From: an uncultured Verrucomicrobiae bacterium
GTDB taxonomy: Bacteria > Verrucomicrobiota > Verrucomicrobiia > Chthoniobacterales > JAFAMB01
Length of the DNA stretch: 64,000 nt
Assembly: GCA_963762565.1 (NCBI GenBank)
Contig: CAVXLD010000003.1
Location: 896,001 to 960,000 of the forward strand
Direction of reading: 5' to 3'
Shown: piece after piece, positions 30,516 to 39,800 of the stretch
Position numbering within the stretch: position 1 is the first letter of the stretch
Layout of the letters: the number at the start of each line of letters is the position of its first letter
Notes under the pieces: model-generated
Database searches by the model: none
Seen by the model: the letters and a program-made list of their open reading frames with translations, nothing else
Told to the model about the DNA's origin: nothing
Made by a program: the position numbers and the translations under genes

Positions 30516-31334
30516 ATGCAAGTTCTTAAGAACAAAACTCCAAAAGTTTTAGCCTCACCGGTCTTTAGTAGATTGAACGGGGCCATGAAACCATCCCAGG
30601 CACCGTCTTCGGACTCCTACCCCGTCGAAGAAGATTCCTTCGAAAAACATTGGGCTCAGAACCGCGGTTCCCCTGGTTGGTATTGCCTGCGTTCAGCACG
30701 AAAACAGGAGTTCATAGCAGCGGCCCATTTGAAGGCTTTACCAAATGTACAAGTCTTCTGCCCGAGAATTCAATTCCGGCGGCGCTCGAACGTCTCTGGG
30801 AAAAGTATGCTGTTCGCCGAGGCGTTATTCCCTGGACATTTTTTTGCACGCTTTCCTACAACCGAAATATTGGCGGCAGTTGAGCAGCTATCTGGTGTTC
30901 GGGGTGTCGTGTGCTTCACTGGAAAGCATGCAGTGATGGAGGAAAAGGTGATCGCGGCGCTGCGTGTAGAAACGAAGGCAATCATGAACGGGCTTGCCGC
31001 AGGGGACCGCTTGCGTTTAACCAACTGCGGAGTCTCCAGGCTCGAGGCCGTCATAACACACATATTATCGGCTGACGAACGGGTGCAGACCCTTTTGGAT
31101 TTCCTCCAGTCCGAAACGAGTACGCAAGAGTCCTTAAAAAATGCGTCGATGAGCCGGCCGGGACTGACCATCCTTCGCTTTTCGACTCGATTCAGGTTGA
31201 TTAGCTCAAATGGTGCTTTCAATCCGTCCGCGTCTAAACTAGCGGAACTCGCAGAACCCAATTTGCCGGCAAACGACCGCGATCTATCAAAAGGCTTGCC
31301 ATTCTCGACCTCGTATCGGCAGGCAATCGCCTAG
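30516..31334 (+). CDS. NusG/RfaH-family transcription antiterminator paralog (start may be 30585)
   Basis: WYCLRSARKQEFIAAAHL...VFCPRI...EALFPGHFFARF...GVRGVVCF NGN domain; degenerate KOW (GDRLRL...ERVQTLLDFL). Confidence 0.75.
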   Translation: MQVLKNKTPKVLASPVFSRLNGAMKPSQAPSSDSYPVEEDSFEKHWAQNRGSPGWYCLRSARKQEFIAAAHLKALPNVQVFCPRIQFRRRSNVSGKSMLFAEALFPGHFFARFPTTEILAAVEQLSGVRGVVCFTGKHAVMEEKVIAALRVETKAIMNGLAAGDRLRLTNCGVSRLEAVITHILSADERVQTLLDFLQSETSTQESLKNASMSRPGLTILRFSTRFRLISSNGAFNPSASKLAELAEPNLPANDRDLSKGLPFSTSYRQAIA

Positions 31335-31489
31335 CCATCCCCAACGCGTGTCCGTGCTTCCGTGGGGGTTAGCAAGCCGGTAGGTTCCGCAACGATTCCT
31401 AGTCCGATTTTACTCATGTTACGCCCAAAGGCAGAATTATTTCACCACAAAGACACAAAGGACACGAAGACAGATTTCGTGTTTTTCTG

Positions 31490-32566
31490 TTAAATTTCCG
31501 GTTCCCGTTGTGAGCTTGTGCAAACCATCTCGAGCCTCTCGGTAATCATCCTTGAGATCCGGCCTGCCGCCGGAGGATCGAGGTTTGCTAGTACGACGAC
31601 CAGATAGCCGATATCCGGAAACATCTCGAAGATACCATTCATCCCAATCGCGCCACCGCTGTGACCGACACCCCGCAGACCGTTCACCGTTCGAGTTTCA
31701 AAGCCGTATCCATAGTGACTACCATGGTCCGTCTCGACCCTTCCAGCCGTGACCAATTCGGTGTAGTGAGCATTCAGCAGTCTCTTGGCCTGTAAAGCGA
31801 TGGCGAAACTCAAAAGGTCATGAACCGTTGAATAACCGCAGCCTGCTGAACTGCCGCGAAAGGGCAAGCTAGTGGTATTCGGACGCGGGTACGGCAAGGG
31901 AACTATATTAGAGCTCACCATCGTCCCAGCTGCACAGGTGTAACCGACGCTGCGATCAGGCACGAACTGATCTTCCGGCTCGGAACCGCTAGACCGCATC
32001 TCCGCAGGGACATAGATATGGTCGCGGACATAGTCGTAGTAACTCTGACCGCTAACTCGCTCGATCACCACGCCCAGTAGTATGTATCCGTAGTTACTAT
32101 ATTCCCAGCGGCTACCCGGCTCGAATCTCAATTTCCTGTCTGCATAAAGCATCACAAAGAAATCCTGCAGAGTGCGTAGCTCCAATCGATGAGCCTCGTA
32201 TTCTGGGCCGAACAGATCACCGGTGCCTCCCGTGTGACTTAGTAATTGCTCAATTGTTACTTTCGACGCTGTCTCCTTATCCGGATAATCGGTTAAGTAG
32301 GCTCCTAAAGAAGCCACCAGCTGAAGTTTCCCGGCTTGCACGAGCTGTACGACCGCAACTCCGGTAAACATCTTATTGATGGAACCAACTCGCAACCGGG
32401 TCTGAAGCGTATTCGGGATTCCCCGTTCACGATCAGCCAACCCATAAGCTTGGGCGAAAATGGGTTGTCCTCGCCTGGCAATTAATACCGCGCCAGAAAA
32501 GCGATCCTCAGCGCTCTCCTGGTCCAGCTTACAATGGAGGTCCGAAACCATTTCGTTCTCAGTCAT
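31490..32566 (-). CDS. Serine hydrolase, beta-lactamase family
   Basis: FSGAVLIAR, GSINKMFT (SxxK), LLSHTGG, YSNYGY, GHSGG; start chosen after the repeat. Confidence 0.92.
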   Translation of the reverse strand: MTENEMVSDLHCKLDQESAEDRFSGAVLIARRGQPIFAQAYGLADRERGIPNTLQTRLRVGSINKMFTGVAVVQLVQAGKLQLVASLGAYLTDYPDKETASKVTIEQLLSHTGGTGDLFGPEYEAHRLELRTLQDFFVMLYADRKLRFEPGSRWEYSNYGYILLGVVIERVSGQSYYDYVRDHIYVPAEMRSSGSEPEDQFVPDRSVGYTCAAGTMVSSNIVPLPYPRPNTTSLPFRGSSAGCGYSTVHDLLSFAIALQAKRLLNAHYTELVTAGRVETDHGSHYGYGFETRTVNGLRGVGHSGGAIGMNGIFEMFPDIGYLVVVLANLDPPAAGRISRMITERLEMVCTSSQREPEI

Positions 32567-32868
32567 ACATTCGGCAGAAACAAATAGCCCTGAAAAGGCA
32601 CAAAAGGCGCGGAAAAAGCGGACAAGAATTTCAACAGAAGAACACAAAGGTCACAAAGATAAAAGATCACGCCAAGGGATTCTTACCGAAGGTAGCGAAG
32701 GCCTGAGGCTCAAGATTTCTAGCTTTCTTTAGAAGATCCTTCCTTCGTTACCTTCGTTTGCTTCTGTAAGAAATCTGTCTTCCGTTTTTTTTGCGCTTTT
32801 TGCGCCTCGTCGCGGCTATCGCCTCTTACACGGTCTTGAACTCGGTACCTGGTCATGCTTGTTCCAGC

Positions 32869-34038
32869 ATGGTTCGTCGTACAAAGAGTATCGTTAGGGG
32901 AAACGTCCTTCTGGCCACCTGGCTATCCTCCGTGCTTAGCGCCGCGGCTGATAATCGACCGGATCCGATCAAGAGCATTGTGGATCGGGCAGTTCAACCT
33001 GTAATGCTGAACTACAGCATCGCGGGAATGGCGGTCGGTCTTACCGTTGCGGGCAAACAATACATCTTTAACTATGGCGTCGCATCGAGGACGACTCGAA
33101 AACCGGTCACAAATGATACGCTGTTCGAGCTCGGATCGATCAGCAAAACATTCACCGCGACGTTAGCATCTTACGCCCAGGTCAGCGGATGCCTTTCCTT
33201 GGCAGATACTGCCAGCAAATATTTGCCCGATCTCCAAGGCTCTAAATTCGGGGACGTAACACTCCTCTATCTCGGCACGCACACGCCGGGAGGTTTTCCG
33301 TTGCAACTCCCGGAGAGCATACGAACAGAGGATGAATTGATGAGTTACTTGCGGGCATGGCAGCCCCGCTACGCGCCAGGGACCTATAGAACGTATGCCA
33401 ATCCTAGTATTGGTATGCTCGGCTTCATCACAGCGAAAAGCCTGGCTGGGGATTTTGCCGAATTGCTGCAACAAAACGTGTTTTCCCCTTTAGGAATGAA
33501 CAGCACGTATATTGACGTTCCTAAAACGAAGATGGCCGATTACGCGGTCGGCTATACCGAGGAAGGTGGTCCCACCAGGGAAGGAACGGACTTTCTATCG
33601 CGTGAAACCTATGGTGTTAGGACCACCGCCGCCGATATGCTTCGGTTTATCGATGCGAATATGGATTCGAGCAAGCCGGACGACAAACTGCAACGCGCAA
33701 TCATCGATACCCACACTGCGTACTTCACCGCCGGAGTCATGACTCAAGACCTGATCTGGGAACAGTATGCATATCCGGTCGACCTCAAGACTCTGTTGGA
33801 TGGCAACTCGCCCACGATGATCTTCAAAGCGGCGCCGGCTACGCAATTAGCACCGCCACAGGAACCTCGGGAAGATGTGTGGGTGAACAAAACCGGTTCG
33901 ACCAACGGTTTCGGAGCGTACGTGGCATTCATCCCCGCAAAACGGTTGGGAATCATCATCCTAGCCAACAAGAGTTATCCTATCGATCAACGAGTTACCA
34001 TTGCGTATCAGATCCTGGAACAGCTGGCCGGTAAGTGA
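32869..34038 (+). CDS. ampC: Class C beta-lactamase
   Basis: TLFELGSISKTFT (SxxK), YAN, QDLIWE and NKTGSTNGFGAYVAFIP...LANKSYP; signal peptide. Confidence 0.92.
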   Translation: MVRRTKSIVRGNVLLATWLSSVLSAAADNRPDPIKSIVDRAVQPVMLNYSIAGMAVGLTVAGKQYIFNYGVASRTTRKPVTNDTLFELGSISKTFTATLASYAQVSGCLSLADTASKYLPDLQGSKFGDVTLLYLGTHTPGGFPLQLPESIRTEDELMSYLRAWQPRYAPGTYRTYANPSIGMLGFITAKSLAGDFAELLQQNVFSPLGMNSTYIDVPKTKMADYAVGYTEEGGPTREGTDFLSRETYGVRTTAADMLRFIDANMDSSKPDDKLQRAIIDTHTAYFTAGVMTQDLIWEQYAYPVDLKTLLDGNSPTMIFKAAPATQLAPPQEPREDVWVNKTGSTNGFGAYVAFIPAKRLGIIILANKSYPIDQRVTIAYQILEQLAGK

Positions 34039-34042
34039 ATTC

Positions 34043-34164
34043 GGGAGGGATCGCTGCCTCGCGATCCTTTATTAGCGAAGCCGGGCAGGCATGATAATCG
34101 CGGAACAAAATACGCCTTTCCGTCGTGGCCCGTCCTCGCGGCGCGCGGGGACGCGCGCCCTCCC
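34043..34164 (-). repeat. Family E element, copy 3
   Basis: Reverse-orientation copy of 11772-11894. Confidence 0.8.
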
Positions 34165-34216
34165 CGGCTTGGCGCCTCTCCTGGATTCTGGCTCCTGGCT
34201 CCTCTATTTTGCCCCC

Positions 34217-36604
34217 ATGGCCTACCCCTACCAGGACAGAGCGAAAACAGTCTCCGAGCGCGTGAAGGATCTTTTGGCTCGAATGACCATCGAGGAAAAG
34301 ATCGCTCAAATGCATGCCTTCTGGCTGATTCTTTCAGAAGACGGCAATCATCGACCTCGCGCCAACGATGAATTCACTCGGAGTAGTGATCCGGACCGGA
34401 TACAGCGGTTGTTGAGTGATGGACTCGGCCAGATCACGCGTCCATTGGGGAGCCATGGGGTTGATGCTCGACAAGGAGTTCGAGCACTCAACCGGCTACA
34501 ACAATTTCTTTGCCAAGAAACGCGTCTCGGTATCCCGGCCATTTCGCATGAGGAATGTCTGAACGGTCTGATGGCGCGCGGATCAACTCTGTTTCCCTCT
34601 GCACTGGCTTATTCATCGACTTGGAACCCGGAGCTGATTCAGAGAATAGGAGAAATCATCGGACGGGAAGCGCGCAGTGTCGGGTGTCACCAGGGGTTAG
34701 CACCGGTGCTAGATGTTTCCCGGGATGTCCGTTGGGGTCGCACCGAGGAGACCTTCGGCGAAGACCCATATCTCGTCGGCGTGCTGGCCACTCGTTATGT
34801 GCGCGGATTACAAGGTCAGAGCCGCGATTTTCTGGCCACCTTGAAACATTTCGCCGGGCATTCGTTCAGCGAAGGCGCCCGAAATCATGCACCAGTCCAT
34901 TTGGGGTGGCGGGCACTTAACGATATTTTTCTGCTGCCATTCGAGATGGCAGTTAAACAGGCCAATGCCGGATCGGTTATGCCAGCCTATCACGATATCG
35001 ACAATGAACCGTGCCATGGCTCCCGCCGTTTGCTGACCGAAGTGCTGCGCGACCAATGGGGTTTTGATGGGCTAGTGGTGGCGGACTATGTCGGGATCAG
35101 CTTGCTCTATCGCGATCACAAAATCGCGGCTGATTCGGCAGAAGCGGCCGCTCTCGCCTTCAATGCAGGGCTCGATATCGAATTGCCCGGCGAAGATTGC
35201 GCGGTCAATCTTAAGACCGCTCTGGATCGCGGACAGATCAAGCTCGAAAGAATCGATGAGATCGTAGCGCGGGTGCTAACCGAAAAATTTCGTCTCGGTT
35301 TGTTTGAACATCCCTATACAGATGAAGAGCAAATTGCCCTGCGCACCCCGGAGGCGCTCGAGGTCGCCCGCGAGGTTGCTCGGGAGTCAGTCGTCATTCT
35401 CGAAAACAATGGGATTCTTCCGCTTGGACCGAGCAAAATAAAACGGATCGCACTGATCGGCCCGACTGCAGCCGATCCGATGGCGTTGTTAAGCGGGTAC
35501 AGTTTCCCGGTGCATCTCATCATTAATGATATGACGGAAGACGCCGGCGACATCGTAACCCCGCTTGTCGCATTCCAGGCGGAGTTCGGCACTGCGAATG
35601 TTCGTTACACTCAAGGCTGTCCCATCCTGGGAGAACGGCGGGGGGGCGCCCCGGTTTTTCCGGGCGATGTTACCGGTGATAACATCCTCGATCGTACCCC
35701 TCCCATTTGGCAACGGCTCGATATGATACCGATTGCGGCCGCAAACGCTAAAAGCGCGGACGTGGCGATCGTGTGCGTGGGCGACCTGGCTGGCCTTTTC
35801 CAGACCGGCACCGTCGGTGAAGGCTCCGATACCGATTCCCTCACCCTACCCGGGGTTCAGCAACAACTAGTCGAGGCAGTGGTCGCCACGGGTACGCCAA
35901 CTATTGTGGTAATCACGGGCGGCCGTCCTTACAATCTCGGTGGGTTAGAGTCACGCGTTGCCGCTCTGGTGATGGCGTTTTCTGGGGGCCAAAGAGGTGG
36001 GCAGGGATTAGTGGATGTGCTTACCGGCCGGGTTGAGCCCACCGGACGATTAACGGTTTCAGTCCCGAAAAGCGCCGGTGCGATGCCTTACTTTTACAAC
36101 CATAAACTGAAAAGCGCCGGCACGCCGATCGCCTTGCATTTTGGAAGCCGTTACCCGTTCGGTTACGGCCTTTCCTATACCCAGTTCGAATACCGCGACC
36201 TCAAAGTGGCCCAAAATCCGGTGGATATTGAGACCGGCGAAATCGTTCTTTCATTCACTTTGATCAACATCGGCGAACGGGCCGGAATTGAAGTCCCACA
36301 GCTTTACGTTCGCGATTGCCTGGCCTCTGTCGTACGCCCGGTAAAAGAGCTCCGCGCTTTCGGTCGGATTAGGTTGAGACCCGGGCAAACCGCGGAAGTA
36401 ACATTTCGCGTCCCAGTGGATATGCTGAACTTCACCGGCATGGCCGGCCAGCGGATTATCGAGCCCGGCGTTTTCGAACTACAGATCGGCGCTTCCAGCG
36501 CCGATATCCGGCTACGGACGGAACTGACAATGACCGGTCAAACCCGCATACTAGGACGAGACTGGCGCATGGAAAGCTCGTGTGAAATTGAGCAGAGAGG
36601 ATAG
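34217..36604 (+). CDS. GH3 glycoside hydrolase (beta-glucosidase/xylosidase) with Fn3-like C-terminus
   Basis: TRLGIP, DVRWGRTEETFGEDP, LKHFAGH, WGFDGLVVADY, YPFGYGLSYTQF, RPVKELRAF. Confidence 0.95.
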   Translation: MAYPYQDRAKTVSERVKDLLARMTIEEKIAQMHAFWLILSEDGNHRPRANDEFTRSSDPDRIQRLLSDGLGQITRPLGSHGVDARQGVRALNRLQQFLCQETRLGIPAISHEECLNGLMARGSTLFPSALAYSSTWNPELIQRIGEIIGREARSVGCHQGLAPVLDVSRDVRWGRTEETFGEDPYLVGVLATRYVRGLQGQSRDFLATLKHFAGHSFSEGARNHAPVHLGWRALNDIFLLPFEMAVKQANAGSVMPAYHDIDNEPCHGSRRLLTEVLRDQWGFDGLVVADYVGISLLYRDHKIAADSAEAAALAFNAGLDIELPGEDCAVNLKTALDRGQIKLERIDEIVARVLTEKFRLGLFEHPYTDEEQIALRTPEALEVAREVARESVVILENNGILPLGPSKIKRIALIGPTAADPMALLSGYSFPVHLIINDMTEDAGDIVTPLVAFQAEFGTANVRYTQGCPILGERRGGAPVFPGDVTGDNILDRTPPIWQRLDMIPIAAANAKSADVAIVCVGDLAGLFQTGTVGEGSDTDSLTLPGVQQQLVEAVVATGTPTIVVITGGRPYNLGGLESRVAALVMAFSGGQRGGQGLVDVLTGRVEPTGRLTVSVPKSAGAMPYFYNHKLKSAGTPIALHFGSRYPFGYGLSYTQFEYRDLKVAQNPVDIETGEIVLSFTLINIGERAGIEVPQLYVRDCLASVVRPVKELRAFGRIRLRPGQTAEVTFRVPVDMLNFTGMAGQRIIEPGVFELQIGASSADIRLRTELTMTGQTRILGRDWRMESSCEIEQRG

Positions 36605-36649
36605 CCGCAGAGATAGGAGAAGGAGCCAGGATGGGGCGGGCCTTGGCCC

Positions 36650-36769
36650 GGGAGGGATCGCGTCCCCCGCGATCCTTTGTTAACGAAGTCGCGCACGTGT
36701 TGTTGTGGACGAAAATACACCTTCGGGTTGTGGCACGTCCTCGCGGCGCGCGGGGGCGCGCGCCCTCCC
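36650..36769 (-). repeat. Family E element, copy 4
   Basis: Same orientation as copy 3. Confidence 0.8.
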
Positions 36770-36884
36770 GGCTCCCCTCCTCGAACTCCTGAACTCCTCT
36801 CCGCTTGGGCGTTGCTGTAACGCCCAACCGGTGCTCGGCTCCCTCGCAAAGCAGAGCGTCGAATCCAAGCAGCTTATGGCCGCA

Positions 36885-39800
36885 TCAAATGTTCCACGAG
36901 TTCATGCCGACTAAGTTGCCATTGCTGTCGTAGATCGGTGACCAACCGCTGTAAGGGTCGCTGCCGTTCGGCACCAGGCCTGGCCAATAGGGCGTACCAT
37001 TGCTTCCTGGGCCGCCATCGGTAGGATTATTATTATTAGGGTTATTGTTAGTGATTGTCTGTTATTGTTATTGTCGCTACCGCCCGTACCACTACCGCCG
37101 TTGTTATTAGGATCCCCGTCGTTGTTGGGGCAGGACCCGCCGCCATTCTGACCGCCATTCTGACCACCGCCCTGATCTCCTTGACCACCACCCTGATCTC
37201 CTTGACCGCCGCTCTGTTGATTGCCACTGGGAATGTTGCTCTGCCAGGGACCTTGACCGATTTGGATTGCGCTGCCAGGGACATTGACCGTTTGTATTGG
37301 TTCCCAAGTTACCACCACTCCCGGTATTGGTTCCCCAGTTACCACCACTGCCGTTATTGGTTCCCCAGTTACCACCGCTGCCGGTATTGGTTCCCCAGTT
37401 ACCACCACTGCCGGTATTGGTTCCCCAGTTGCCACCGCTGCCGGTATTGGTTCCCCAGTTGCCACCGCTGCCGGTATTCGTTCCCCAGTTGCCGCCGCTC
37501 CTGAAGTCGTTCCGTTGTAGTCGAGCCCGCTCCGGTCTATTCCGAACGTAGGTCTACCTCCGACGTACGCATACAGATTGATCCCGCCTACTTCTCTAAT
37601 TGGATCGCGATTTAACCAGCGCTTGAGCCCGTTATCGTAGGCGCGAGCAAGAGCAAAATGCAGTCCGCTCCGTTGATGATAGAACAGTCCTGCATACCCG
37701 ATATCCGGATGAATCGTTCCATTAAATTCCGTCAATTCTCCATACAAGCCGTAATCAATCTGCGTCTGGATCGTGCCAGTTATATCCGTCAAGTTACGGG
37801 TGCTACCCAGATGATCTTTCCCATAGAAATAGTCTGTCGCACCTTGCTTAAATCCTTGTGGAAAATATTCTTTTGTGATCGTACCTTTCGTGGTGCGTTG
37901 TTCCGCAAGGTTTCTACCCATCCAGACATACAGAGCGTTGCTGGAGGTCTTACTGTTGGTCGTCTCTGTCAGCTGTACTAACCGCCCAACGCCGTCATAG
38001 GTAAACGCCGTCGAGTTGCCGGTCCCTGCGTAGGCAATTCCGATCAGCCGGTTTGCGCCATCCCAGGTGTAGGTTAACGCCCCGGTCACCGTCTTCGGAT
38101 TCGCAGAAACAGCGGCGATACCATTCAACGCATTCCCGTTGGCGTCGTAACCGATCGTGGTGCTACCCGAGCTTCCTGGAGTGATCGAGGTCACCTGATT
38201 CAGGCCATTAACCTGGTAGACGGCGCCTTGGAACGCTCCTAAGGTGCTGCTACTTATGACCTGTTTGAGGTTAATACCTGGGTCATAAGTATAGTTGCCC
38301 TGCCCCAAAGCCAGCCCGGTACCCGCCGTCGCCGTGGCGCTGAACGTCGACAGCTCGTTGTCAGCATCATAGGTCAAGTTCCAGGTTCCAGTACCATCTG
38401 CCGGGTTCGTCTGTTGCCAGCTCAGCATGTTGCCCATGGCGTCATACGTGTATTGATGGCTCAGCGTATTACTGCCAGTTACCTGCTGCATCTCTTGCAA
38501 CCAGAAATTTCCCGTCGCGCCATAGTACTGAAAACCGAACGTCTGTTTGTTCGGCTCGGTCAGCGTCTGCAGCATTGGAGTGGTACCCACATATTTATAC
38601 GTCGACGTTCCTAGACCATTCGCCTGCTGCGTGACTCGCCCAATGGCATCGTAGGTGTAGCTTCGTTTATCCAGGGTACCCGCTGTATCGTAGATCAGAT
38701 CCTCTACCACACGGCCTAATTGATCGTAGTTATGGTAAATTGTTCCATAACCAGCCGGCCTCACCTCCGCGTCGAGCTGCAGAGCTCCCAGCTGTCCAAC
38801 GTTCCAATAACTGTAGGTCGTTGTCCCCGTTCCGTCCGTCATCGAAGCTAAACGCCGGAAGGCATCGTAGGTGAATGCCACCCCGGGAGTGGGCGCAGCA
38901 TAAGTGACCTCACGAAGCAAATTATCAACCCCGCGGGTATAGGTGGTAGTTTGATTCTTGGCATCAACCACAGAACTTAATCGACCGCCCAAGTCGTAAT
39001 TGCAGTTCACCGTGGAGTTGTCGGGATAAATCTTTTGGATCAACCGTTCTTCCACGTCTCGCACAAAGGTAGTCGTGTTCCCATCTCCATCCGTGATCGC
39101 ATCGAGCGAGCCGCATCCGCAGTAACTGAACTGAGTATCCCGCCCCAGAGGATCAATCACTTCGATCATCTGTTGCAGTGAATTGTATTTGTAGTGCGTA
39201 ACGTTGTTCAGTCGATTGGTCCATTGAATCAGGCTCATCGCCTGGTATTGATAACTGTCGCTGGTGCCGTCCGGGTAACTGATCTTCGTGATGCGGTTCA
39301 GGTTGTCATAGCCATAGGTCTTGGTGAACCCGTCCGCGTCCGTATAGGTCAGGACTCTTCCGAAGGTGTCGTAAGTAAAACTTGCTTGGGTTCCGCTCAA
39401 AGCATTGACCACGTTCTGAAGTAGCCGTGCGTGTCGTAATTGTAGGTGGTCACCTCATGTTTGGCATCGGTGATCTTGGTGACCTCGCCAAAACTATTGT
39501 ACTTGAAGTCCGTTATCTGGCCCGCTGCATCGGTGATTTGGGTGGGGCGATGCTGGGTGTTATACACCGCGGACATGGTAGTTTGATAGGTCGATCCATC
39601 CCATTGCTGGGTCTGGATTATATCGATCCCGTTCGGCGCGTAGGTGTACTGCGTGCTCCGTCCTGCCGGGTCTACAACCGCGGTAACGTTGGCCAGAGAA
39701 TTATAACTGTATTGCGCGAGCTGCGTGGTCCCGCTTGCATCCAGCACTCTGCCAACCAGGGACGGTTTTCCAATGTAGACCCCGTTCTGGAACGCGGATT

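Larger units (their letters stand above)
29291..31420. mobile_element. Putative genomic islet bounded by 31-bp direct repeats of the Gfo/Idh/MocA gene 5' end
   Basis: 29291-29321 vs 31390-31420 are 29/31 identical; both differences are synonymous. No integrase seen. Confidence 0.5.

Noticed and set aside
34091..34216. ORF-track N-terminal extensions (also on 31490-32647, 32791, 45098-46390, 59448, 11335)
   Set aside because: The extensions read through repeats or promoter DNA; better ATG starts lie downstream.
36705..36914. ORF as an RHS immunity gene
   Set aside because: It is on the opposite strand and largely encoded by a family E repeat.
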